Shown in pieces: positions 15,517 through 27,787 of a stretch of 64,000 nucleotides of DNA. A program made the translations under genes and the position numbers. Under the pieces are notes generated by a model. That model saw nothing but the letters and a program-made list of their open reading frames with translations. It searched no databases and was not told the origin of the DNA. The stretch's first letter is position 1; the number at the start of each line of letters is the position of its first letter. Origin of the DNA: Schmidtea polychroa (lineage: Eukaryota); assembly GCA_044892525.1 (NCBI GenBank), contig CM097885.1:237958001-238022000 (forward strand), read 5' to 3'.

Positions 15517-16082
15517 CTACTGATAAATGTAAAATAAAAACAAACCACTCATGCGCTGTAATGAATATTGAACTTGATTCATAATTTTTTTGTTAGATTT
15601 TGAAATTTGTTTAGTAAAATATTAAAAAAAAACTAAATAAAGATTAAATTAATAATAAATTTATTAAATTAAATTTTTTAAATAAATGTTTATAGTTAGA
15701 TTTCTTTAAAATTTAAATTTTAAATTTAATTTTGAAATAATTATTAATTATAATAATTTAAAATACTAATTGAGTAAGAATAATAATAAAATTTCATAGA
15801 TAAACACTAAGAGTATAAAGGATGTTGGTTATGCAAAGTAAATATCTTTTAAAAATGTTTAAATTTTAAACGCAATCTTATTCATATTTACTAAAAAACT
15901 GTTTAGACAAAAAAGATATATAAAGATGCCTCTGAGAGGCATAAACAATTTATTTTGATAGTGTTTTTATTTGTTCCATTTCACATTATTATTATTTATT
16001 TTGTTTGAATTAGTAATTTTATTGTAGTTATTTATAATCATTTGTCTTGGTGATTGTGCGTGTTGTGGCTACTAATATTTAG

Positions 16083-16292
<210 letters not shown>

Positions 16293-17017
16293 TAAATTGA
16301 TACAAATTTATAATTAATTCTTAAATTTATTAAAAATAAATTACTAATAACAAAATTAAGAAATCAGAAAATTAATTTTAAATTTAATTAGAAAACAATA
16401 TATTTGATAATTATACTATTTTAGCTACTTAAAATTGCAAATTATTTTCAGTTCATTATAAAATTTAAAAGATTTTTTTAGTACGTAATTATGACATTTT
16501 CTACTTTATATGAAATATAAAATATAATTAAAATAAATTGGCTGAATACTTTTGAAATTTATTATTTTTAATTTTTATGAATTATTACTTAATGGTGATA
16601 TATAGAGCATTTTATTATGTTTTTATTATTTGTTCTCAGTATTAATAGCATCAACTGAAAAGTTTATTGCTCTCGATTTTCATCTTTAAACAGTTTTGAT
16701 AATGTTTTAAAAATTTTTTTAAAAATTTTATTTGGTTTTACATGGAACATAATATACAAAAACTGCATAATTGAGAAAATAGAAAGTAAAATATTTAATT
16801 CAAATCAGTTATTTAACTGAAATAAATTCTCTAAAATAATGGCAAAATTTAGAAAAAATATTACCGGTTTTCTTCGAAAATAAGACCCCCGAAAATAGGA
16901 TTATATTTTCATTTTAATGTTTTGTCTATGATCCTTGTTGTACGTATCGTACGCTAATTAATTGTATATTAACTAGCTCCGTTCATGTATTTTCTTTATC
17001 ACTTTGTACGGCCCTTC

Positions 17018-20000
17018 CTACCTTGCATCGTCTTTATTTCGAATTTCTTGTTTGATCAAAACCAAATCTTCCATTTCAAAATCTCTCACTGTTTTGCTTA
17101 TTTTTGGTTTTAGTGTTTTATTCTCTATTCTCTTTTCCATATCTTCTCTATTTATTTCTTTATTCGAGTACCATTTCATTCTGTCGATTTTCCTCCCAAA
17201 TACAATCTCTGCTGGGCTTACTCCCGTTGTTTTTTGAACTGTTGCATTTAAAGTATATTCTATTTCTGGCACTATATCAGCCCAGTTTTTCCTTCCTCCT
17301 TCATTCAATGACGCGTTAATATATTCTCTGATTGTTCTGAATTGTCTTTCAATAATACCATTCGTGTTATGGTGATATGGGCTTGAGAAAATTAATTCAA
17401 TGCCAGCTGCCTTTGCTAGTTCTTTTATACTTCTTGCTTCAAAGTTCTTCCCACAATCTACATGAAGTTCTTTTGGAGCTCCAAACTTTAATATCCATTT
17501 ATTTAATAACGTCTCACTAATTGTTTTTTCGTCTTGCTTGTTTATGGCCGTTAATGAGATGTATTTACTATAGTGGTCAATGATTCCGCAAATATATTTC
17601 TTTTTGTTGAACGTTTCTTTCAATGGCCCACATATATCCATATATATCTTCTCGAATGGTTCTGTACTCTTTATTGTTTGAGTTTCCTCCTTTGTCTTGG
17701 TTGTTATCGTTTTCATTTTCTGACATCTTTCGCAGTTCTCAATTACCTTTTTTACTTCCGTTGCTAAATTTTCCATGTCGCAGTTATTCTGGATATATTT
17801 CTTTACTTTCTGTGCACCTGCATGGCACAGCAATACGTGTACTTCTTTTATCATCCTCTGTCTATTATCTGACGGTATCCATATTTTACCTTGCTTAGTT
17901 AGTACCGTGTTTTTTTCCATTATGAACTTACAATCTTTATTTTCTAACTTATTCTTTATTTCTTGGACCTCCATATTGTCATTTTGCCACTTGTTATATC
18001 CGCCTTCTGCTGTTACTGTTAATATTCTGGTTTTAATTTTGCCGGTTTTTGGGTCTTCGTGTTCCATCATACACTGTACACATGTTCCGCATGTTTTCCT
18101 GGATAGCATATCCGCGTTTGTATGGCTTGTTCCTTTCCTGTATTCCATTTTAATATCCAGGCTGCTTAAATAGTTGATCCACGTCTGGAATTGAGCAGTT
18201 ATTGGTTTCTTCGTTGTTACCATAAACGTAATAGCTTTATGGTCCGTTCTCAGTACGAATCTCTTACCATATAAGTAATGGTTGAAATGTTTACAAAAAT
18301 AGTATATTGCCAATAATTCTTTTCTGGTAATGCAGTATCCTTTTTCGTGGCTGCTCATCGCATGTGAACCATATGCAATGACATGTTCATGTCCTTTTTC
18401 ATCCTTTTGCGAAAGAACTGCTCCAATAGTATCGAAGCTCGCGTCTGTGTCTAATATAAATTCTTTTCTGAAATCTGGAAATACCAATACTGGGGCGGTT
18501 ATCAATGCTTCTTTCATTTCCCCGAAAGCCTTTTCACACATCTCTGTCCATCTTATTTTCTCATTGTTTTTTCCGCATATGCTTTCTAGTGCTCTTGCCT
18601 TCTTTGCATAGTCTTTTATGAACCGTCGATAATAGTTACAGATACCCAAAAAGCTCCTCAGATTCTTTATACATTTTGGCTTTTGAAATGATTGTATTGC
18701 TTCTATCTTAGTATTATCTGTTTGTATGCCGTCTCTATTTATTATGTGTCCCAGAAACTTCACTTCTTTTCTAAATATTTGACATTTATCGGGGTTCAAT
18801 CTTAGTCCTGCTGTTGCGATCTTCCCTAGGACTTTTTCAAATATGTTATAATGGTCTTCTTCTGTCTTTGTAAATATTAGGATGTCGTCTAAATATACCA
18901 TCACTCCATCTTTCCACAAATCTTTCAATACTTTCGTCATTAATTCTTGAAATGTTCCTGGTGCCGCTGCAATACCGAACGGCATCCTGTTAAAACAGAA
19001 CTGTCCTTCTTTTGTTGAGAATGCTGTTTTCTCTTGAGATTCTTTATCTAACTTCACTTGGTAATAAGCATTTCCCAAGTCGATTGAGCTAAAATATCTG
19101 GATCCGTGTAGGATGTCTAAAATTTCATCTACATTTGGCATTGGAAATGCTTGTCTTTCTGTTATCTTGTTTAATTGTCTGAAGTCCAGACAAAGCCTGA
19201 TGTCTTTTTTCTCTTTCTTCCATACACAAACTAAAGGTGTGTTCCACGGTGAATTACACTTCCTAATTATTCCGTTGTTTTTTAGATTTTTTATTGCTTC
19301 CTCAATCTTGTCTTCCAAATTTATTGGCTGACGTCTCGGTTTAATCATTATTGGCTCTCCTTTCGTGATGATCTTATGTTTTATCAGATTGGTACACCCA
19401 ATGTCCCATTTATCTGCCATAAAAACATTCTTGTTTGCCTGAAATATTTCTAACAGTCTCTTATTTCCGGTAACCTTTAAAACGTCGATGGCATGACGTA
19501 ATCTTTCTTCATCTGTTATAATCCGCCCAAATCTAGCTTCTATTTCGCAAATGAAATCACTACGTTTTTCATGTTCTTCTAGTATACATTTCAATTCTAT
19601 ACCAAATAACCTTTGTAGTTCTACTCCTCCAATAATTTCTGGTATTAAATTCTTTACTATAATGAATGTTACATTTCTTTCAATACTGCCCATTTTAACA
19701 TTGATGTTTATTTTACCCATAGTTTCTAATCTACTGTTGTTTGCACATCTTAGCGATTCCCTTGTTTCTAATATTTCGATATTTTCTAATCTATCAATTA
19801 CAGATTTAGCCATCACATTAATTCGCGCTCCTGTATCCAATAAACAATCTACTTTCCGCCCTTGGATATCCAGTGTTGTACTCGGTCTACCTTGCATTAT
19901 ATTATATGTTATTACTGGACTTTTTTGTTCTTCTACTGACAAAATATTCTGCTCTGTAGTATCTTCTACAATTTCATTACACACGTCTCCATTTTTCTTG

Positions 20001-20290
20001 AGGAATTTGTAAATTTTCTCTATAGTTCTTTCCTCCTGTTTTACTAATTCATTTGCTTTACACTCCTCTTTAAATTTTTTCTGAATTTCCTTATCATTCG
20101 ACTTTTTGATTTCTACACTACTATTATTATTAATATCACGTTCCAAAACACTACAATCTTTATCAATCATACAATCATCATACATACTTAAATTACACAT
20201 ACCGTTAGCATTCATTCTTTGGTTGAAATCAATATTACTTAGTAAATTGCTCCGATCAATGTCCCGTTTGACGGAGCGTGCTCGTTTGGG
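17018..20290 (-). CDS. pol: Gypsy Pol polyprotein (protease, RT, RNase H, integrase), probably made by -1 frameshift; premature stop near the C-terminus
   Basis: Motifs LLDTGA, MPFG..APGTFQ and YLDD, DTDAS..RTDH, H-x-x-x-CH..CERC, and YMDI/HVDCG/IERQ. TAG at 17018-17020 replaces the expected W of RWEGPYKV. The frame is open back to the slippery site at 20290. Confidence 0.95.
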   Translation of the reverse strand, partial: PKRARSVKRDIDRSNLLSNIDFNQRMNANGMCNLSMYDDCMIDKDCSVLERDINNNSSVEIKKSNDKEIQKKFKEECKANELVKQEERTIEKIYKFLKKNGDVCNEIVEDTTEQNILSVEEQKSPVITYNIMQGRPSTTLDIQGRKVDCLLDTGARINVMAKSVIDRLENIEILETRESLRCANNSRLETMGKININVKMGSIERNVTFIIVKNLIPEIIGGVELQRLFGIELKCILEEHEKRSDFICEIEARFGRIITDEERLRHAIDVLKVTGNKRLLEIFQANKNVFMADKWDIGCTNLIKHKIITKGEPIMIKPRRQPINLEDKIEEAIKNLKNNGIIRKCNSPWNTPLVCVWKKEKKDIRLCLDFRQLNKITERQAFPMPNVDEILDILHGSRYFSSIDLGNAYYQVKLDKESQEKTAFSTKEGQFCFNRMPFGIAAAPGTFQELMTKVLKDLWKDGVMVYLDDILIFTKTEEDHYNIFEKVLGKIATAGLRLNPDKCQIFRKEVKFLGHIINRDGIQTDNTKIEAIQSFQKPKCIKNLRSFLGICNYYRRFIKDYAKKARALESICGKNNEKIRWTEMCEKAFGEMKEALITAPVLVFPDFRKEFILDTDASFDTIGAVLSQKDEKGHEHVIAYGSHAMSSHEKGYCITRKELLAIYYFCKHFNHYLYGKRFVLRTDHKAITFMVTTKKPITAQFQTWINYLSSLDIKMEYRKGTSHTNADMLSRKTCGTCVQCMMEHEDPKTGKIKTRILTVTAEGGYNKWQNDNMEVQEIKNKLENKDCKFIMEKNTVLTKQGKIWIPSDNRQRMIKEVHVLLCHAGAQKVKKYIQNNCDMENLATEVKKVIENCERCQKMKTITTKTKEETQTIKSTEPFEKIYMDICGPLKETFNKKKYICGIIDHYSKYISLTAINKQDEKTISETLLNKWILKFGAPKELHVDCGKNFEARSIKELAKAAGIELIFSSPYHHNTNGIIERQFRTIREYINASLNEGGRKNWADIVPEIEYTLNATVQKTTGVSPAEIVFGRKIDRMKWYSNKEINREDMEKRIENKTLKPKISKTVRDFEMEDLVLIKQEIRNKDDAR

Positions 20291-21360
20291 TCATTCTCCC
20301 TGTTATACTCGTCTGGCTGGCTTGACTGTTTTGTATTCATCATCTCATCATCAGACTCGATAGCTGCAATATCTTTTCTGTTATATTGTTGGTTTCCCCA
20401 TTGTCTTTGATGTACGTTCCTTGATTGATACATATCTTCCCTTTGTTGATAGGTATTTCTTTGAATTCTTCCTCCTGACATCTTCCTTTGGTCTCGATCT
20501 CTTCCTTGATTTCGTCTTTCCATATTTGTGTAGCACTCTCTTTCTTTGTGTCCTCGTGCATTGCATCTATGACATTTGATTGTTGGGCATTCTCTTCGTA
20601 TGTGACCTTCAACACCACATGCATAACATTGAAATCTTCTTTTTATATTACATTCTCTGCTACTGTGTCCCGGTTTTTGACACGTCCAGCATTCTATCAC
20701 TTTAATTCTTGTCTCTGGTTTCCATTCGTTGATTTTTCTCTTCGTGGCTCCAACTTGTACTACATCTCTATAAGTTCTTCCTCCAGTTGTAGGTCGTATT
20801 GATCTCACCGTGTTTACTTGTTCAATAACCTTGTTAACTTTTTCTATCTTCTTTATAGTTTCTTTAATTTGTTCCGCCGTTTTGAGATCTTTCATTTAGA
20901 TTTCTTTCCTGACTTCTTTATCTTTTACACAATGTGTCAATAAACATTTCTGAGTTTCTTCCTCATTCCAAGTGTGTGAGGCCAATTTTTTAGTCATTTT
21001 TGATATTTTCTCTATAAATATTTCCGCTGATTCGTTACCTTGCTCGTAGTTCAAGGCTTCTCTTAAGTCATCAATCAATGACGTTGGTCGATGAAAAGCT
21101 GCTCTTAATTTCTGTTCAACGGTTTTACCTTCTGCGGTTTCATATTCTTCAATCAAAGTCCTGTCCAGAAGTGTAATAACTAGTACCATTTGGGTCTTCA
21201 CTGGTGTCTTCGTTATTTCAAAGAACCTCTGACATTCTTTGATAAATAATTCGAGGTCATCTCCTCTGTGGAATTTTTCTGGAAGTAATCTTCCAATAAG
21301 CAGATCCGTTGGAATGGTCGCCATGTTAGAAGCTATAACATTTAATTCTTCTGTCATCAA
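20239..21360 (-). pseudogene. gag: Gypsy gag interrupted by one in-frame TAA (20896-20898)
   Basis: ORFs 20896-21360 and 20239-20895 are contiguous and in the same frame. Zinc knuckles CWTCQKPGHSSREC, CYACGVEGHIRREC and CHRCNARGHKEREC. Confidence 0.88.
20249..20290 (-). promoter_or_regulatory. -1 programmed ribosomal frameshift signal (gag to pol)
   Basis: Minus strand reads C_CCA_AAC (X XXY YYZ in the gag frame), a 6-nt spacer, then hairpin GCTCCG-TCAA..TTGA-T-CGGAGC. The pol frame has TGA immediately before the heptamer and is open after it. Confidence 0.8.
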
Positions 21361-21679
21361 AATAAATTACTAAGACTATTAAATCCAAAATTATATTTCA
21401 TTAAATCTGATTATATAAACAAATATTCTTGGGACATTTTCTAAATTTTAATTTCAACCAAATATCAACATACCATCGCATTCATACTTGAATTTCAATT
21501 TTATTAAAGATTATTTTATTTTAAAATTTCAATTATCATTTCAATTTTAATATCTTAAAATAATTTAAGTTTCAATTAAAATTTTACAAATTTTAATCAT
21601 GAACTAATTTAATTTAGTATTTTAATTTTAACTCCTCACATAAACAAAATTATTTATCACTTTTACAACATACCCCGTG

Positions 21680-22140
21680 ATTTATCCTAGGTATCGAGAT
21701 CGTATTGGTCAAAATTAACGGGTTTCTTTCGTGTTCGCACAGGTTTATTATCTTCCGCTTTAGCAGACTCTTCTTTGTTGTCGATACCTCTTCCATCATT
21801 TGAATGTTTAATGTTTCTTGTAGTGGTAATGCTCGGATATCAACCATGTATTGTTGTGTTCCGTCTATTTCCACGCTATTAGCACGACTTTTGATTGTTA
21901 GGTGGTATCTTTCAATGAATACAATTCCGGCTGGTATTTATGAACTCTGTATTTTATCTTAACATTTCATTTGTGACACCGTTTGTTGGGAAGTTCCGAG
22001 TGGAAACTTGCTCCGTTATCCGCATGCATCTCAGATTCAGTGATTCATGTTTTCATTTTTAGGCGACAGATAGACTTGCATTTTGGACACCTTTTCACCA
22101 CAAGTTTAATATCTTCTCGAGACGATTCCGTTTCTCTTGA
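21680..22140 (-). pseudogene. Degenerate retroviral-type integrase fragment upstream of gag
   Basis: Manual translation gives REDIKLVVKRCPKC, EMHADNGASFHSEL..*NVKIKY and IERYHLTIKS, with stops and frameshifts. Confidence 0.6.
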
Positions 22141-22805
22141 TTGTATAAAACAGAAATAAGTTATAATAATAAGTTATTCTTTTTTAAAGTCAATATATTC
22201 AGGTAAGAAAATGAAAAATGTATTTTATATAAGTATTTTAATAATTATCACATAGAATCGTATTCAATCATTGAACCCAACGCTTCATATTTGCCAATAT
22301 GTGGCCATTTATCCGTAAGGTGGCTTTAAATATCTGACTATTAAAAAATTATATACTTCCAGCGGAAATTTTATCCTTCAATTTCTTATCCGCTTCGTAA
22401 TCTCTTTTAAAGAAGACCTTTAAAAATTCTCACTTGAATGACAAGAAATAAAGTAAAATAACATATTTCGTAATTTTTGTCAAATTTTTTCACCGCGTTG
22501 CAATTGGAAAAAGCTTTATTGAGTGTGTTGGGAGGATTTTCATACAAAGAAAATGAGTTATAACTCCATACAAATTATTGTGAAGATTTGTATTTTTATG
22601 TTTCATTAATTTTCTCTAACCTCTTTGGAATCCTATAATAAATTGGCAGGTTTAACCGCTAATGACTTTTTTAGCACACAAGTGAGTTTATATATATCTT
22701 ATAATATAATTTATTGATTATTTTTTAATATTATCAAAGATCGTTATCAAATACAACGTGATGTATATTTAATTCTTTCTTTTAAATTCTTTGAAAAATG
22801 CAGGC

Positions 22806-22840
<35 letters not shown>

Positions 22841-22844
<4 letters not shown>

Positions 22845-23791
22845 CGACAGACTAACTGTCATCAATAGATAGAGTTGAAATTCAAACTAAATCAATCTAA
22901 ATTCCTCTTTTTGAAATAAACTAAAGTTGACATCAAATAATAAGCGATTTTACTTATATTTAAATAGATGTATTATTTAGTGACTGCTATAATAAATTTG
23001 AAAGTTATTCTTTGCTTTTTCCAATACTCAATATAAGCGCTTTGGAATTGATGAAAATATGTGGAAAATTGATGAAAGAAAAACTATCAATGACTGGATT
23101 GCTTATGTGTGATATAAATTGTGAAGTTGGTCTATTTCGGTTCTTGCTTAGATTGTATTTAGTTCTTGGTTGTGAATATGTATATCATTGGTTCAATGCC
23201 ACATACATTGGAATGACTGCCCGTCATCTCCGTTCTCAAGTTCTGGATAACTGCTGGCTGAGAGACTTGATTTATATCAGCAAACCCAATTTTATGTTTA
23301 GGTTTACATTTTTGTGTTTGTAGTGTTATACAGTTTGTCCAAGGATTTTGAACAAGAAATTGTGTATTCAATGTTGTAAGGTGATTTCTAATTCCTGTTT
23401 TTTAAACTTCGTGTTTGTTTGTGATTTTCAAGTCCTACTTAGATTTTTTTCAGATCTTGGTTATGAATATTTATGTCATGGTGTAAGGCCACTAACATTG
23501 GAATGACTGCTCGTCATCTCCGTTATCCAGTTCCTCATCACTATCGACTGAAGGAATTGATTAATATTAGTAAACACAATTTTGTGAAAAATTTATTGAA
23601 ATGTTGTTTAATTTCAACTTTTATGAATTTTGAAAATTTTAAAACTTTTAGATTTTTAAAAGTTTGAATTGATAAAACAGCAAAATTATATTTAAAAAAT
23701 TAATGAATTGGTATGTTTCAAAAAGAGCAATTTATATTGATTTAGTTTGAATTTCAATTCTACCTGACGATGACAGTTAGTCTGTCGAAAT
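22841..23791. mobile_element. Penelope-like retroelement remnant flanked by inverted terminal copies
   Basis: Two GIY-YIG-like fragments on + (NATYIGMTARHLRSQV near 23195-23240; CKATNIGMTARHLR near 23482-23523). ~55-bp inverted repeats at 22841-22896 and 23736-23791. Confidence 0.65.
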
Positions 23792-23800
23792 ATTTTTCAA
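23764..23800 (+). ncRNA. Minimal hammerhead-ribozyme core motif (Penelope-associated type)
   Basis: CTGACGA-T-GACAG-ttagt-CTGTC-GAAA matches CUGANGA + stem II + GAAA. Stems I and III could not be resolved with confidence. Confidence 0.5.
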
Positions 23801-23944
23801 ACATATATTTCAAATATTTTATAAAAAATAAATTTCTAATTAAAAAATAATTTTAATCAATATTTATAAAGTTTATAATTTTTTTAAACAAAATCTTTTA
23901 AATTATATTTTTGAATCGTGAATTTTACATCTTGAAAATCAATT

Positions 23945-24206
23945 TACATCTCTACTACTAATAGTAAATTTATTGTTATAGAGCGCCAACTGACTAGTCT
24001 CCAATGCAATTCTCCCGGAAACGTCTTTACCAGAGCTATTCATTAGTGTCATTGCTTTACTAGAATTTACCGTATCAGGATGCACTTGTCTCAATAATTT
24101 CTAATTGTGAATTCCATAAATTTCTTTGCATTTATTCCATTTCATTTTCACGCCGGAATCTTTGATTATTCGACTATTTTGGTTACATTTTACCGTTAGC
24201 AACCAT
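23945..24206 (-). pseudogene. Decayed histone H2B copy
   Basis: Minus strand gives KEIYGIHN*KLLRQVHPDTVNSSKAMTLMNSSGKDVSGRIALETSQLALYNNKFTISSRDV, colinear with the H2B core KESY.IY.YKVLKQVHPDTGISSKAM.IMNSFVNDIFERIA.EASRLA.YNK.STI.SRE. Contains an in-frame stop and is 3'-truncated. Confidence 0.85.
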
Positions 24207-24351
24207 TTGTAACTAAATAATTTTAACTAATAAAATATTTGAAATGTATTTTTATACAATATACAGTCAAATTCGTCTAATAGCAAAATTTATCTAATAT
24301 CAAGTTTTTGTAAAGTCTGGCAAAATTACCTTACTAATACATGCAAATGAA

Positions 24352-24792
24352 TAGGCTTGCAAACTCTCTCGTTTTTGCCGGTAGTCTCCCGGAATCGGCT
24401 TTCGTCTCCCGGTTAATTATGACCCGGGAGACGTAAATCTCCCATTTTTACAATACTTTACAATTTTTCAAGAAAAAAGTGCAGTTTTTGAAGTTTTAAC
24501 TTTTATTTGATTTTTCTAAAATCACCAAAGCTATTGGAGTCAACCCGGTGACAATAAAAATACATTTTTAAAATCAAACAAAAATATCATGATTTGTAAA
24601 CTGTACTATGTAATATGTAAAAATAATTGTTTTGTTTAAATCTTTATGGTATTAGTCATCATATATTTCAAATCACTAACATATGTAAACCAAAAAAGTG
24701 AAAAAAACACCTGTTATATTATTTCCTAAGCGTAATAGTGTTCGTAATTTTATAATATCCCGTGTTCGAGGTTGTGGGAGTTGGCAACCCTA
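24352..24792. mobile_element. hAT-type MITE, apparently nested in another short element
   Basis: Ends TAGGCTTGCAAACTC / GAGTTGGCAACCCTA. 8-bp TSD CAAATGAA vs CAAATGAG. Subterminal TCTCCCGG repeats. Confidence 0.75.
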
Positions 24793-25819
24793 CAAATGAG
24801 GTTGCCTAATAGTATACCTTATAATAGCAAGATTTACTTTATATCAAGAATTTCTCAATCACCAATATGAAATCGACGTGAGCTTACAAAATCTACAGAC
24901 ATATAGTTTCTGTTATTTCCACCTTTCATTTCCACTCACCGCCTTAGGCAGACATAATGGATGTTATGAAATAAAATTTTTGACTGGAATTCCTTTTATT
25001 TGTTAATGTTTTTTAACATTTCTATTTATTTTTACTCTTTCTTATCAGATTTCTATTAATCAGATGAAATCATCGAAGGTATTTTCATTTTATATAAAGT
25101 TTTTGGGTCATTTAGGTCTTCGTTTTTCATATAACTAGGAACATTGTTATCAACACAAATGACTTGGAAAAAATTATTGTAAATCAATTATCTGATACCT
25201 TGAGAATGCAAACTTCAAAGTGTTCGTCTAAAACAAGTTTTTTCTGACATTTTCCGGCTTGTAAATATGTAAATGCTATTGTAATTGTTAATTATTAAAG
25301 AATAAAGTGATGATTTCCGGGTAGCAGCGTTAATTAAATTTTAAACAAATGATAATTTAAACCTTTTTCTGTGAATAATATATTTGATACAAATGGAAAA
25401 AACGAAAAAAAAATACAAATGAAAGCCCTTGTCAATTTCCAGGAATTTAGTATTTCTATTTACATAATGATTTTTTTCTTCTCTTTTATTTCCTTTTCCT
25501 TGCTTCTAATTGGTTAAAAATAATATTAAACTTTTTTTCTGAAGAATTTAAAAATTTTTTAATTTTTAAAGTTTCTATAATTAACTAAATAATATCTTAA
25601 TATATTTATAAAATATAGTTTCGAATGACTATTTATATATGCAATTTAAATATTTTAAAAAATGTTTCTATGTTGATTTTTATTCCTAATGACCTTTTAA
25701 AAGTATATTTCCTTAAAATTTTGTCTATTTTTCTATATTATTATAAATTATTATTTTTTAATTAATTTTTTTGAAAAGCTTTTCTCAAGGTCAATAACAT
25801 CAAATCAAACTGATGATTT

Positions 25820-26100
25820 CATTTATCTCTTCTTTAGTGTTGGCCGTCTGTTTATGATGAGAATTGCTTCTTTAAATCTGATTTTTTTTGGATGTTTCCA
25901 TTGGCTTAGATTTCGTTTGAAATATTTTGTCATTCCTTCCTTGGTTGACATTGTTGGAGATGTCTGTATACCGAGAATTTTTCACCAGGATCTAGATGTT
26001 CTTTAACTCTAATACTTTAACTCTTTGCACGTAATGCAATAGAACATATCTTTCGGTGTCTGGCAGTTTTCCATTGAGTAATTGTTTTCTATTTTTGTGT
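25820..26100 (-). pseudogene. Degenerate GIY-YIG endonuclease fragment (Penelope-like)
   Basis: Fragments RVKEHL, SVYRHLQQC and FKEAILIINRRPTL in frameshifted succession. Confidence 0.55.
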
Positions 26101-26105
26101 TGTTT

Positions 26106-26490
26106 GTTGTTTGACGCGACAAACTTATGCTTGAAATCATTTTATGTTTATCTGGCATAACATCTTCTATAACAGCTACCAAACATTCTTTTACAAATTC
26201 TCCGTCCGAAAATGGTTTCATTTTCTTAGTGATTAACATTGCGACAGAGTAGCTTGCTTTAACAATATTAGAAGGTAGTTGTAATGAAGAACTAAACATT
26301 TTCTGCTGAGATTTTAATTCGGATTTTAGCTCGGCTAACTTAATTTTTCTCAATTGTTTATTAGATTTCACATACACGTCATGTTTCGTTTCATGATGTC
26401 TTTTAACATTGTATTCCTTAAAAACAGCTATTGTTTCTCGGCAAATCAAACATGTTAATTTTGAGTTCTGCATTATAAAGAAGTAATTTT
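26106..26490 (-). pseudogene. hAT transposase N-terminal fragment (GTF2IRD2/SPIN/Buster-like)
   Basis: CLICRETIAVFKEYNVKRHHETKH zinc finger, ASYSVAMLITKKMKPFSDGEFVKECL and ISLSRQT. Truncated. Confidence 0.85.
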
Positions 26491-27489
26491 GCTGTTGGGG
26501 ACGTCCTAAGAACTTTGACTCCCCTTCCCTATTGTCCTATTTGCGAACACACCGTCCCCCTTCTTAGGGAACGTCATTAATGGATGTTCTTTAACTTAAT
26601 ATAGTTTTTATTGGAATATTTAATAGCCTCTTAAAAATGATTTAATATATATCAATTAATTCTGATAAAGTATTGCGTTAACTTTTGTATTGTAATTTAT
26701 TTTGAAAATTTTGAAATTTCTTTTAAAAAGTTAATTATAGGACTTGACCTTAACCCTTACTGCTCTGAAGAAATAATTTAAAATTCTAAAGCATTGACTA
26801 TCTTAACTTTCAGATAGCCTTATTTAATAAATGTCCTAAGCGTCTTACGACGGACTTTCTAGTAATGGAATAAAAAGTTTAAATTATATACTATCAGTAA
26901 AATAATTTATCCTTTTTCTTCATCTTTGACCCGTATTTTCATTTAGAATTTCTTTTATCGTCATTTAATTTGCGACTATTGAAAAACCATTGATCTATTG
27001 TCAAAAGCTAAATGAAGATAATTGAAATTCAATATTGTTTACGTCATTTTAAACTGGTATATTATAACAATTATTTTTTAGTTTTTAATTAAAGAATTTT
27101 GTTACAGAAACGGCATTCGTTTTGAGACCCAGAATTTAAGCAGTCTTTGATTTAAACAGGTTTTATAACAAATTGGGCTTTTTCGTTAAATATTTTGTTT
27201 TCATGAAATATTTTGAAGAATTTTGTTTCACTATTATTTGTGCAGCATGTGCTTAGTTCATTTAGTTTTTTTCAATTATTTTGTTTTTTTGATACTTGAT
27301 TTTTTATTTTTCATTTTATTCATGTAATTTGATTTTGAAAGCATATTAAAATGAACTTAAAATGCCTCTCAGAGTCAGTTAGTGCATAAAACAATTTTTA
27401 TTAATTGTTTTTTCAGTATGAATTAACATGACTTTGTTTTAATAATTTTTATTAATTATCTGGAAAAATAAACAATATTCAATAAATAG

Positions 27490-27787
27490 GTCATTCAAAA
27501 GGGGTGGGATTTATTCGTTTTGATCAACGGTATGAAGCCGCTGTTGCTATACAAAACTTCAACGGATATGTTCCTTCTGGGGCAACCGATCCAATAGTAG
27601 TTAAATTTGCCAATTCTCCAAGTTCTGCTAAAAATGGATCAGAAGGCTTCGATCAAAATTTAGCTGTTTGTTTGAATAATGTCAGTAATACATTGCAATT
27701 TCCTATGATCCAACAGCAATATCACAAGAAGAATAATAATAAGAATAAAATTGGTCCACTCCATGGATTTACAACACCAAAGTTGAG
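27490..27787 (+). CDS. elav: ELAV/Hu exon, second half of RRM2 plus hinge
   Basis: ATAG acceptor. Translates (G)[44 protein letters not shown]...[12 protein letters not shown]. Phase-2 AG|GTGATA donor. Confidence 0.92.

Larger units (their letters stand above)
16975..21670 (-). mobile_element. Ty3/Gypsy LTR retrotransposon, gag-pol nearly complete, 3'-truncated, antisense in an elav intron
   Basis: Gag with three CCHC knuckles, then PR-RT-RNaseH-IN order. Homology stops after the GPY motif near 16975 and no 3' LTR is seen. The 5' boundary is tentative. Confidence 0.93.

Noticed and set aside
17004..20802. Many short + strand ORFs overlapping gag-pol (also 63406-63711 on minus)
   Set aside because: Antisense shadows of the Gypsy coding sequence with no independent motifs.
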